64,000 nucleotides of DNA, from IMG/VR virus record IMGVR_UViG_3300042553_000685; one strand, given 5' to 3'. The position numbers and the translations under genes were made by a program. The notes under the pieces are model-generated. The model saw only the letters and a list, made by a program, of their open reading frames with translations. It searched no databases and was not told the DNA's origin. The stretch comes from a virus. Shown here in pieces: positions 33,477 through 42,001 of the stretch; within the stretch, counting starts at the first letter, position 1, and each line of letters begins with the position of its first letter.

Positions 33477-33716
33477 ATGACAATGATAGACATAGGACAA
33501 TTTGCTAAGATTGAGATAAACTGGTACGAAACAAAGTCATATCCGTTTCGATATTCAGAAGGCATTCACTATTTTATCCAAAAGGATCAGGGATGGATAG
33601 TAGATGAAATCGCTAAATGGGTAAGAGAAACTCATTTTAAAAAAGACTTTCCCTCGGTTATCGATTGGAAGTTAAAAGTAACTTATCAAAACTCTAAAGA
33701 TAGGATTCCGTGGTAG
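33477..33716 (+). CDS. hypothetical protein (79 aa)
   Basis: ORF track; TTAGGAGTAAAG RBS. Confidence 0.5.
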   Translation: MTMIDIGQFAKIEINWYETKSYPFRYSEGIHYFIQKDQGWIVDEIAKWVRETHFKKDFPSVIDWKLKVTYQNSKDRIPW

Positions 33717-33782
33717 AATCCAAGTCATTCAACTACACTAACCTGCGAGAATCGCCAAAATGCCGCGTTTAAATTTAGCTTT

Positions 33783-33950
33783 ATGACAGTATTTCCAAAT
33801 ACTGATATTGAGTTATATTACGATGGTGGCCGTATAGATGAAGTTGACTTTTGTTTATTTGATATAGCCGACCCTTCTAAAACGGAATTAATGCTTGAAG
33901 AAGAATGGGTGTATTTACTTGGCGCCGCATCTTTCTTATTTGGTAGGTAA
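33783..33950 (+). CDS. hypothetical 55-aa protein
   Basis: Hand translation MTVFPNTDIELYYDGGRIDEVDFCLFDIADPSKTELMLEEEWVYLLGAASFLFGR. Confidence 0.35.
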   Translation: MTVFPNTDIELYYDGGRIDEVDFCLFDIADPSKTELMLEEEWVYLLGAASFLFGR

Positions 33951-33956
33951 TCAATT

Positions 33957-33970
33957 ACCAGTTATCAGTT
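33957..33970. repeat. STRR-like heptamer repeat (2 units)
   Basis: accagtt atcagtt; intergenic. Confidence 0.6.
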
Positions 33971-33994
33971 AGTAATCCTTAATCAAACAAAAAA

Positions 33995-34534
33995 ATGAAA
34001 CCTTTGCATAAACTGGGTAAATATCACAATCTAGAGAAGCTAAACAAAATAGCAACCGATTCTTGTTTTACTGATAAGTTTCCTACAAAACATAATTATG
34101 TAAACCCTCTCTATAATGAGTACGATTACTCTTATACTTTATGGGCTACTCTGGGAGTAGAATGGCACGTCGACGACATTTATAAAGATAAAAAATACTC
34201 AATTATTTTAGTCGTCGAAAGTGCCAATTATGAACTTTACGCATCATCAGTAAATAATAAAAAAATAGAAAAACTTTTAAAAACAGATTGCGACACCACT
34301 TTTAGGAGTATGGATGAGCGAATAGATAATCTGTTAGTTCGCAGAAAAAACACTCAAAGGCTAATATTAAAAGCAGGGGATATTTTGCTGTTAGATATTT
34401 CATTCTACCATAAACTAGAAAATACAAGGAAAACAGAAAACCCTTTTATCTTTATTAGCTTAGACATTGATTTTATCCCAAAGATCAAAGAAGCGGTCAA
34501 GGTTGTCAATTATTTTGTTTACGATTTTTTGTAA
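33995..34534 (+). CDS. hypothetical protein, possible 2OG-Fe(II) oxygenase/cupin-like (179 aa)
   Basis: WHVDD (HxD) and later GDILLLDISFYHKLEN (distal His) in typical order; weak. Confidence 0.5.
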   Translation: MKPLHKLGKYHNLEKLNKIATDSCFTDKFPTKHNYVNPLYNEYDYSYTLWATLGVEWHVDDIYKDKKYSIILVVESANYELYASSVNNKKIEKLLKTDCDTTFRSMDERIDNLLVRRKNTQRLILKAGDILLLDISFYHKLENTRKTENPFIFISLDIDFIPKIKEAVKVVNYFVYDFL

Positions 34535-34542
34535 TCACCCTA

Positions 34543-34794
34543 ATGAGTTGGAAAAAATCAATGAGCCAAAAAATTCACTATTACGCACGCACAGAACATC
34601 AGATTCCACTGATGTCAAATAAGTTAACAGATACAGTCGGTAATTTAGTTTTTCCTTTTTCTGATAAAGAAGAGCAATTAGAATTTTTTGGTCAGATGCT
34701 TGAAGAGCTATTAACCATATCATCTGTAGCAAGATATACACCAGAAGGTACTGCATTAGAAACAATTAAAGCCTTGCTGTCTGAGTTAGGTTAG
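34543..34794 (+). CDS. hypothetical protein (83 aa)
   Basis: ORF track; antisense ORF 34535..34765 judged spurious. Confidence 0.45.
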   Translation: MSWKKSMSQKIHYYARTEHQIPLMSNKLTDTVGNLVFPFSDKEEQLEFFGQMLEELLTISSVARYTPEGTALETIKALLSELG

Positions 34795-34839
34795 TGCGAA
34801 ATAAGCAATCAGTTCTTGTAATTAATCAGGAGTAAACCA

Positions 34840-35491
34840 ATGAACATTAAACCGCAACTTAAAAGCAGTATTCGGCTATTTTTAGAAGGTTCAGAAGATG
34901 GGCTCCAGCGCCTAGTATATTTACGTCAATCGGGGGAATTGCAGGACCTTCTCAATGAACTTAAACCAGACGATATACCCGAAATTGTTGTCACAAAAGC
35001 AGAGTTCACTACAGATGCAAAAGTTAAAGTCGAGTTCACTACAGATGCAAAAGATTGAAAAAGCTGAATTAATTAAGGCAATTCGAGAAGGAACAATCGA
35101 TAAGACAACTCTACAACAAGTTGATTTAAGTGGGGCTGACCTGATTAAGGTTGACCTGATTAAGGCTGATCTGAGTGGGGCGGACCTGAGAGAAGCTAAA
35201 CTGAGTGAAGCTATCCTGAGTGAAGCTGACTTGAGTGAAGCTGACCTGATTAAGGCTATCCTGAGTGATGCTATCCTGAATGATGCTATCTTGAGTTGGG
35301 CTGATCTGAGTTGGGCTATCCTAAGTGGGGCTGACTTGAATGCAGCTATTCTGATTGAGGCTAACCTAAAAGGGGCTGACCTGAGTAAAGCTAACCTGAG
35401 AGGGGCTGACATTGAAGACGCTATCTTTATCAATGCAACGGGGATCACCCCTGAACAAGAACAGGATTTAATTCGACAAGGAGTAGATTAA
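34840..35491 (+). pseudogene. frameshifted paralogue of the pentapeptide-repeat gene at 56991..57947
   Basis: 34840..35058 encodes the shared N-domain (SIRLFLEGSEDG.Q.L..L.QSGELQ.LLNELK). 34955..35491, in another frame, encodes IEKAELIKAIREGTIDKTTLQQV plus A(D/N)LxG repeats. Relative to the paralogue there is a 30-bp tandem duplication (35002-35061) and a 2-nt deficit before the TGA at 35056. Confidence 0.65.
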
Positions 35492-35551
35492 TGACTAATG
35501 GCATTAAGACAAAGTAACCAAGATGCTTTTGACCTTTTTGCATCAATAATG

Positions 35552-35975
35552 ATGGATCAAGCAGATGAAATAAAAAAAGGACACTCAAATCTATCAAATA
35601 CTAATTGATTCAAGCTATGATGAGTTGCCAAGAGAAGTCAAACACTACGTCAACCGATTAGTAACTAAAATATCGAAAAAACCTTTTGTACTTTCAATAC
35701 TAAAAGGATTCCATAGTAGCGCAATCAAATCAAACGACGTAGATGTACTTTTAAGCGGTGCGTTTATTGACTATGATCCATTTAAAAGAGCAGGATGTTT
35801 TTGGTACTTAAAAATCAAGATATTTCTGTTTGTCTTTTCGCTACTAACAGGTGTGACAATACCTAAGCTTCTCAAAGAAAACTTTTGTCTTTTTCTGCGA
35901 TCTGTTGTTATAGTTAGTTACCTTGTAAAGGAGGGTTATGTCAATGAATCTCCCTATTATTGGGACTACGAATAA
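35552..35975 (+). pseudogene. membrane protein paralogue of 36015..36416, disrupted by 1-nt indel in an A7 run
   Basis: The ATG at 35552 opens MDQADEIKK, then stops. Shifting one base in aaaaaaa (35572-35578) joins it to DTQIYQILIDSSYDELPREVKHYVNRLV, which is collinear with the neighbour's N-terminus. Confidence 0.55.
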
Positions 35976-36014
35976 AGTAAGAAGCTAAAAATAACCTAAA
36001 ACAGGAGTAAACCA

Positions 36015-36416
36015 ATGGATATTCGACGCGCAATATTAGTTAGAGAACAATACAATAGTTTACCTATCGAAGCTAAACAATACGTTGATGCTTTAGTATT
36101 AGAAGCAAAACAGAATCCTAAGTCAAAATACTTAGAACACTTCTATAAAGCCGCAATTAAAGACAATGTAATGGATACATACATACAATTAAAATACAAT
36201 GATGTTAATGATGATAATGATGTCAAAATAGATTGGATTTCGTTTGTAGCTTTTAAAGCTTGGTTACTTATTGTCACATTTTTAACAGGCGTTTCTACCC
36301 CTAAAGAGTTGAAAAAAGATGCTAACTTATTTATGCTTTCTATAGCTATAGCCTCTAATTTCGTAGTAGAGGGAGACTATAAAGAAAGATACCATGCACT
36401 AACTTACAATTTCTAA
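36015..36416 (+). CDS. hypothetical membrane protein (133 aa)
   Basis: ORF track; CAGGAGTAAACC RBS; C-terminal TM WLLIVTFLTGVSTP. Confidence 0.55.
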   Translation: MDIRRAILVREQYNSLPIEAKQYVDALVLEAKQNPKSKYLEHFYKAAIKDNVMDTYIQLKYNDVNDDNDVKIDWISFVAFKAWLLIVTFLTGVSTPKELKKDANLFMLSIAIASNFVVEGDYKERYHALTYNF

Positions 36417-37099
36417 TGTACCTAGCTAAAACATTGCAGATCTCCAATATTATATGGGGAGCTACAGACTACCAGTTCTTATCATTATACAAACCTACCC
36501 CTGAGGAGGGAGGACGCTTTATCCAACTCTGGTTCGAGGATATGGAGCCCCACATTAACTATACGCGGTTACATGCTAGAATGAGTGGTGGTCAGGATAA
36601 CTCTAATAAATACTACCTAACTAATGTGCTCGAGTTAGGTATAACCGCATGGGGGGCCGACTTCTATAACGATAAGAATTCAGTGGACCAATGGCGTATT
36701 CACTACTATAGCCCTACTATACGCCGCCTTGTTGAGAGCACCCCTCTACGTATGCCGGGGGGTAATCTACGCTATTATTGCCAGCTGGCTATGATAGCTA
36801 ACTCTGAATCCGTTAAAGGAGTATGGGCCCGTCGCACTCAGCATTATCGGCGCGATAGTTACCAGCGCCATAACCATGGTGAGTTCGGTATGACTAAGGA
36901 GGAGATGCAATTAGTAGTAGAGAATATAGAACCTATACTCGAGACGGGCCTGTTGATAAAGTGGGGCGATTACTACTATTGGCCCGGCGCACGAACACGA
37001 CACTTATTACTTAATAGCAATAAGGAGCTCCACATCATGGGCAGTGATGCTCTCGAGATAGGCAGACTTAAACAAGGGAGGAGACAAAATGCAGGATAA
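36416..37099 (+). CDS. hypothetical protein (227 aa)
   Basis: ORF track; TAATG overlap with previous gene; composition switches back to backbone type here. Confidence 0.55.
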   Translation: MYLAKTLQISNIIWGATDYQFLSLYKPTPEEGGRFIQLWFEDMEPHINYTRLHARMSGGQDNSNKYYLTNVLELGITAWGADFYNDKNSVDQWRIHYYSPTIRRLVESTPLRMPGGNLRYYCQLAMIANSESVKGVWARRTQHYRRDSYQRHNHGEFGMTKEEMQLVVENIEPILETGLLIKWGDYYYWPGARTRHLLLNSNKELHIMGSDALEIGRLKQGRRQNAG

Positions 37100-37496
37100 C
37101 GCGATTGATATCGTGAAGACGTGGGCCTATCAGAATCTAGGTCTAGATTCCAATAATAAATTTATTGAAGTTCATGTCAATCGATCTAGTTACGTAGTAA
37201 TCAACAATACTAGAGAAGACCGTCCTGATGATAATGATGGTGATATGTACTTCCTATCATATATCTATTATAATGTAGATGTCTCTATCTTCCTAGCCAC
37301 TAATGGAGATGTAATTGTCGCTCGTGATAGAGTCGATGAAGAAGGTGACCCCTCTATATTAATCGGCAGTATAAACGATATTGTAGATGGTAAGTCTCTC
37401 TCCCCTGCAAGCCATATTCTCAAAGATCACCATGACCTCATAACAGATAAAGATTACCATGACCCCAGAACAGATTCAGAGATTACGCGACAATAA
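37089..37496 (+). CDS. hypothetical acidic protein (135 aa)
   Basis: ORF track; overlaps previous gene by 11 nt. Confidence 0.5.
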   Translation: MQDNAIDIVKTWAYQNLGLDSNNKFIEVHVNRSSYVVINNTREDRPDDNDGDMYFLSYIYYNVDVSIFLATNGDVIVARDRVDEEGDPSILIGSINDIVDGKSLSPASHILKDHHDLITDKDYHDPRTDSEITRQ

Positions 37497-37707
37497 TTGG
37501 ATCCTAGATGACCTCCAGGGCGTATCAGATAAAGAACTCGATTGGATACAGAGCGTATTAGCCCTTCGAGAATACTACGAGGAGACTGGTAGAGAGTTAA
37601 CCCAGAGCAATATAGACTGGATTAACACCTTCCTCCTCTCTAACTACGACGAGGGCGTCGTTGATCCGCCTCCCGAGCAGCCCGAGCTGCCTCAGGAACA
37701 AACTTAG
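37459..37707 (+). CDS. hypothetical protein (82 aa)
   Basis: ORF track; 3' end overlaps convergent ORF 37640..37876 by 68 nt. Confidence 0.45.
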   Translation: MTPEQIQRLRDNNWILDDLQGVSDKELDWIQSVLALREYYEETGRELTQSNIDWINTFLLSNYDEGVVDPPPEQPELPQEQT

Positions 37708-37876
37708 CGGCCTTGTTAATAACACGGGCCCTCTCCTGCTTAGATAGATTCCCATGGCCCCGCAGTTTAAGAGCACTCAATGCACTGCGCTTATCGAATA
37801 TAGGGAATCTATCCCCTACTGTACCATACTCGGCCCGCGCTTCTGCCGTTACATTGCCCTTCTTAGTTCTCTTCAT
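37640..37876 (-). CDS. hypothetical basic protein (78 aa)
   Basis: ORF track; lone minus-strand ORF, Lys/Arg-rich. Confidence 0.4.
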   Translation of the reverse strand: MKRTKKGNVTAEARAEYGTVGDRFPIFDKRSALSALKLRGHGNLSKQERARVINKAAKFVPEAARAAREADQRRPRRS

Positions 37877-38031
37877 ATATGTTGTTGACTAGATATGGTT
37901 ATGCTGACAGATGGGCGGGCCCTAATAGTAAACCTTCAACTAATAAATTTATACGATATCATCCAGCGTCTAGTAGAATTATCTTGTTTAAATTGCTAGA
38001 TCGTGCTAAAATTAAAGTAAGTGGAGAATTT

Positions 38032-39504
38032 ATGCCGTACATCCAAACTAATCTAAAACTCACTATTAGTCAGTATCACTATCTGCGCGAGCTAACAGCT
38101 GGTATGGATAGTGATAGTCGGCGTTTATTCATCCACACGTTTTTGTGTCAGCGCCAGATACGTGCTAAGTCTGATTACCATGCGTGGAAGGGAGTACCGT
38201 TGCCTCGTAAGAGCTTCATTCACGTCTACTGTAGAAACTATAGCTGGGAGAGCGTAGAGGCGTTTATGACGCGGGCCCCCTACTACGCTAAGGAGGGAAT
38301 CTGCTTCCGCTACCGTATTCACGAGCACATCATCGATACCTTCATCGAGAAGGGAGAGGATTTACTATTGAGCCCCTCTCGACTACAGGATCAGTGGTTC
38401 GTTGATGTAGATGGCCGCCCGCTTCCTAAGCTCAATAGGCCGCTTAGTAGTGCTCCGCCAACACAGGTTGACTTGGGCTATGGCATCGCGTGGCTTATTC
38501 GACAACGAGATAGGATAGAGCGTACTCGCGATAGCCTGAGTGATGCTGAGCTGGCTAGTAAACGGGCCCGCTACCTTCACAACCTGAACTGCTATCAGGG
38601 TATACTCGAGCGCGTGACTAGTATCGACTACACGAAACGTCAGGCAGAGTATTCGCAGGAGCTGACCCAGCCTCACGAGGGGCTTCGCGTGTATGAGAAG
38701 GGGGGCGGCCTCCAGGGTGCTAGTCGGAACTTCAGAGAGGTGCTGCTAATATCCAGCCCTGTCATCAACTACGATGTCGTCAAGTGCCACGCGACGATTG
38801 CCCATCATGAGATGGAGAAGCTAGGTATTAGTTCCCATCTGGATGAGATGCTATCGGGCCGTGTGAGTTCCCCTGACCCCCTACTATCCGTAGGCACTGT
38901 GAAAACAGCTGTGTTAGCAGTAATCAATGGGGCCCGACTCGTTAAGCGTCTCAGTAACCGCTTCACTATACCGCGCTTAGTACTAGAAGAACCGCTCCTA
39001 GCTGATAAGGATGTACCCACTAAGGCGCAGGCCCTCGCTAGCTTAGTAAGATACCTTAAAGGCATAGCTACCAGCATAGCGAAGTGGTCTAAACTGATTC
39101 CCAAGCATGAGAAGATAGCGGCAATATCAGCACTGTTACAACGCATAGAGGTAGACAGCCTACGAGATATCCACGACCTCGCATCTAATAACCAACACGA
39201 CGGAGCCCTAATTCACAACTCCATCGACATCAACGAGGTAGAATCGGGCTACCTACTAGTGCAACCCAAACCCATCTCCACACCAGACCCAGAGGTGTCG
39301 GTTACCGTGTGCGGACACCAGATCGAGATGATACCATTCAACGCAGAGTGTGCCAACATCGCGGACATCATCATGGGCGCGGGTACCCGGCTCCAGGCCA
39401 CAACAGGATACGGAAACTGGGCCCCCACCCCCCATAAGAATACCATTAGTAGATCAGATAGCAGCGCTGATACATCGAATCTCAGCGCTGATGATAGTAA
39501 TTAA
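38032..39504 (+). CDS. hypothetical protein with family-A-polymerase-like palm motif candidates (490 aa)
   Basis: Start at ATG 38032 (GGAGAA RBS). VINYDVVKCHATIAHH (38764-38810), VKTAVLAVINGA (38891-38940) and NQHDGALIH (39187-39220) resemble PolA motifs A, B and C in order and spacing; motif-level only. Confidence 0.55.
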   Translation: MPYIQTNLKLTISQYHYLRELTAGMDSDSRRLFIHTFLCQRQIRAKSDYHAWKGVPLPRKSFIHVYCRNYSWESVEAFMTRAPYYAKEGICFRYRIHEHIIDTFIEKGEDLLLSPSRLQDQWFVDVDGRPLPKLNRPLSSAPPTQVDLGYGIAWLIRQRDRIERTRDSLSDAELASKRARYLHNLNCYQGILERVTSIDYTKRQAEYSQELTQPHEGLRVYEKGGGLQGASRNFREVLLISSPVINYDVVKCHATIAHHEMEKLGISSHLDEMLSGRVSSPDPLLSVGTVKTAVLAVINGARLVKRLSNRFTIPRLVLEEPLLADKDVPTKAQALASLVRYLKGIATSIAKWSKLIPKHEKIAAISALLQRIEVDSLRDIHDLASNNQHDGALIHNSIDINEVESGYLLVQPKPISTPDPEVSVTVCGHQIEMIPFNAECANIADIIMGAGTRLQATTGYGNWAPTPHKNTISRSDSSADTSNLSADDSN

Positions 39505-40093
39505 TACCCGTACAAGGGAGACGTGTGCCTTGATTCAACAATACAATAACTTGCCCATAGAATTCATAGAAAGCTATGTTAGCGCTAGGGATGTTCTCAG
39601 AGCTCTCAATCTCTCTGACGATGCTCTAGAACAGGTCACTAGTCATAACAAGCTTATGAAGAACTCAACAATGGTGCTAGAACCAGCTGGTGTATATCAG
39701 CTGGTTCTTATCAATGATGAGATAGACTTCTGGGACTGGTACAGTGACGAAGCGCTAGCTGTTGCTAAGGAGTCGATGTTGCGTATGAGTAATTACATGA
39801 AGGCTCGGCGTATCCTCAAGGATATTATGGATGCCCCCGATGCTGTCGATAAGCTGCCCCGCATAGTTAATCAACTAATCGCAGCACGAGAGTATAAGAG
39901 TGATATATCTAAATATGATGCCGAACTGTCTGTATGGCAGCAGATAATAGATAAGTTAAAGGAGCGCGGCCATCCTCATCCTCGACTCTTTCTATCTACG
40001 TTCCCTGATATACACGTCAATATAAAGTCTGAGGTTATGTACGAGGACGCGTTAACAGTATGCTACGAGATAGCAGGAGAATACATTGCTTGA
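39491..40093 (+). CDS. hypothetical protein (200 aa)
   Basis: ORF track trimmed to ATG 39491; N-terminal QQYNNLPIEFIESYV motif shared with 36015 and 35552 genes. Confidence 0.5.
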   Translation: MIVINTRTRETCALIQQYNNLPIEFIESYVSARDVLRALNLSDDALEQVTSHNKLMKNSTMVLEPAGVYQLVLINDEIDFWDWYSDEALAVAKESMLRMSNYMKARRILKDIMDAPDAVDKLPRIVNQLIAAREYKSDISKYDAELSVWQQIIDKLKERGHPHPRLFLSTFPDIHVNIKSEVMYEDALTVCYEIAGEYIA

Positions 40094-40577
40094 GACTGTA
40101 TTGGCGCTGCCCGCCATTAGACAAGATAGAACAGCGTTACCCTTTGTCTTCCCAGAGTTATCCCTCTATACTCTCCTGAGTATAGAAGATGTCATTCCTG
40201 ACATCACTATTAACGTAGTGGCTACTAGTCCGTGGGCCCAGGGCACACACTATGGCACTATGTATTGGACTGTTCTAGTAGTGCGTTATCAGAACAGTCC
40301 CTTCTTAGTAGTGGGCCGTCGTTACGTGACAGATGGGCTTAACCCTAACGAAACGGCCCTCCGCTACGTAATAGACCAGGACCTCTATCGTACGGCTATC
40401 AACTACGCACTACAGCAGGAGACAGAGGAGGTAGTCTTTACTAATAAGGAGCGGCCCCTCGATAAAGAGAAGGCCCAGGCCTTTCATCGCATCGGGAGTG
40501 AGATACGCTTTATAGAGGCTGATGCCCTCAGCTGCACTATTGGGGACATCAATACATTACTTGATATATTATTATGA
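40086..40577 (+). CDS. hypothetical protein (163 aa, TTG start)
   Basis: ORF track; overlaps both neighbours by a few nt. Confidence 0.5.
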   Translation: MLETVLALPAIRQDRTALPFVFPELSLYTLLSIEDVIPDITINVVATSPWAQGTHYGTMYWTVLVVRYQNSPFLVVGRRYVTDGLNPNETALRYVIDQDLYRTAINYALQQETEEVVFTNKERPLDKEKAQAFHRIGSEIRFIEADALSCTIGDINTLLDILL

Positions 40578-41461
40578 AACATTTAGTTAATCCAGATTCA
40601 GTTAAACCGTTGCAAAAGTTAGAATTGTTATCATTTAACTTTGAGGTGGTGCAAGTAAATGAGAAGGGTGAGCAAATTAACAAAGAGTCAAAGCAGTCCC
40701 AATATTTCAGCCAAGATTTAGACAACGACATCACCTTAGAAATGGTTGCCATCCCAGAGGGAACTTTCCTGATGGGTTCACCACAAGACGAAAAAGATAG
40801 TTACGATGATGAACGTCCTCAACATGAGGTTAACGTCCCCACCTTTTTCATGGGCAAGTATCCCATCACCCAAACACAGTGGAGAGCGATTGCCGCAACC
40901 GCTAAAATAGACATCGACCTAGAGACAAACCCTTCTGAATTCAAAGGGGATGAGCTACCCGTAGAAAGTGTCAACTGGTATCAAGCAACGGAATTTTGTA
41001 AACGACTATCAAGAGAAACAAAACGGGAGTATCGACTACCGAGTGAGGCGGAATGGGAGTACGCTTGTCGTGCTGGAACCACCACCCCATTTTACTTTGG
41101 GGAAACCATTACGGGGGAATTGGCTAACTACAATACTAACAAAACCTACGTCGAGGAATATCGAAACGAAACAACTCCCGTGGGACAATTTCCCCCAAAC
41201 GCTTTTGGACTGTACGATATGTACGGCAATGTCTGGGAATGGTGCGCCGATACTTGGCACGATAACTATGACGGGGCGCCGACGGATGGCAGTGCTTGGA
41301 TAGAAAATGGGGATGATAATCGTTCTCCTCTGCGGGGCGGGGCTTGGTACACCTTTCCGTATCGCTGCCGTTCTGCTCACCGCAACATCGACGCCCGCCG
41401 CTACAGCCGCAGCTTCCTTTACGGTTTTCGGGTGGTGTGCAGTGCTGAAAGGACTCTGTAG
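40574..41461 (+). CDS. FGE/SUMF1-domain protein (295 aa), close paralogue of 16575..17585
   Basis: DNDITLEMVAIPEGTFLMGS, HEVNVPTFFMGKYPITQTQW, YRLPSEAEWEYACRAGTTTPFYFGETITGELANY, FGLYDMYGNVWEWCADTWHDNYDGAP, RGGAW, CRSA, GFRVVC; ATGA overlap with upstream backbone gene. Confidence 0.9.
   Translation: MKHLVNPDSVKPLQKLELLSFNFEVVQVNEKGEQINKESKQSQYFSQDLDNDITLEMVAIPEGTFLMGSPQDEKDSYDDERPQHEVNVPTFFMGKYPITQTQWRAIAATAKIDIDLETNPSEFKGDELPVESVNWYQATEFCKRLSRETKREYRLPSEAEWEYACRAGTTTPFYFGETITGELANYNTNKTYVEEYRNETTPVGQFPPNAFGLYDMYGNVWEWCADTWHDNYDGAPTDGSAWIENGDDNRSPLRGGAWYTFPYRCRSAHRNIDARRYSRSFLYGFRVVCSAERTL
41329..41440 (+). other. DGR-variable-region-like 3' segment of FGE gene 3
   Basis: RGGAW-YTFPYR-CRSA-H-R-NIDA-RR-YSRSFLY-GFRVVC; diverges from gene 1 only at the interleaved codons while flanking DNA is roughly 90% identical by eye. 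Confidence 0.5.
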
Positions 41462-41512
41462 CAAAAAGGAATTCAACTTAGTGCTAGCAGACTTGCAAAA
41501 ATTAGGTGGCCG

Positions 41513-41734
41513 ATGCCCTCAGCTGCGCCACTGATACTTGATTTGTTAGATATGCAAACTGTGATTAAAGCCATGCAAGAAATATACCATAGGTATCCAG
41601 ATATAGAGCCTCGTATTAAGAAGAGCGACTATGCTATGTTATCTTATATATTGTGTGTAATTATGTACAATGTAGATGATGTTCCTAGACATATTGGTAA
41701 CTATCTAAGGAGTTTACGTTATACAGCAGATTGA
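41513..41734 (+). CDS. hypothetical protein (73 aa)
   Basis: ORF track. Confidence 0.4.
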   Translation: MPSAAPLILDLLDMQTVIKAMQEIYHRYPDIEPRIKKSDYAMLSYILCVIMYNVDDVPRHIGNYLRSLRYTAD

Positions 41735-41831
41735 CCAATTATTTACTTTGAATGTAGGGGTTATATATACGTTTAATATTGCAAGTGAACTATTCGCTTT
41801 GCGTTCTTATATATGCCTGTCTATATCATAT

Positions 41832-41898
41832 AACCTCTAGCAATCAATGATTAAGTCGACCTTCAATCCGTTAGCTTAATCATTGATTGCTAGAGGTT
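41832..41898. repeat. perfect 24-bp inverted repeat with 19-nt loop
   Basis: AACCTCTAGCAATCAATGATTAAG (41832-41855) / CTTAATCATTGATTGCTAGAGGTT (41875-41898), intergenic. Confidence 0.9.
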
Positions 41899-42001
41899 AA
41901 CTGTGCAGTCAGCCGGGGGGCGTTAGTCAAATTAATATTAACCTCACTATCAAACAACTTTCTAGGGTACACAAGATTAATCACACAATTGGAGTATAGC
42001 C

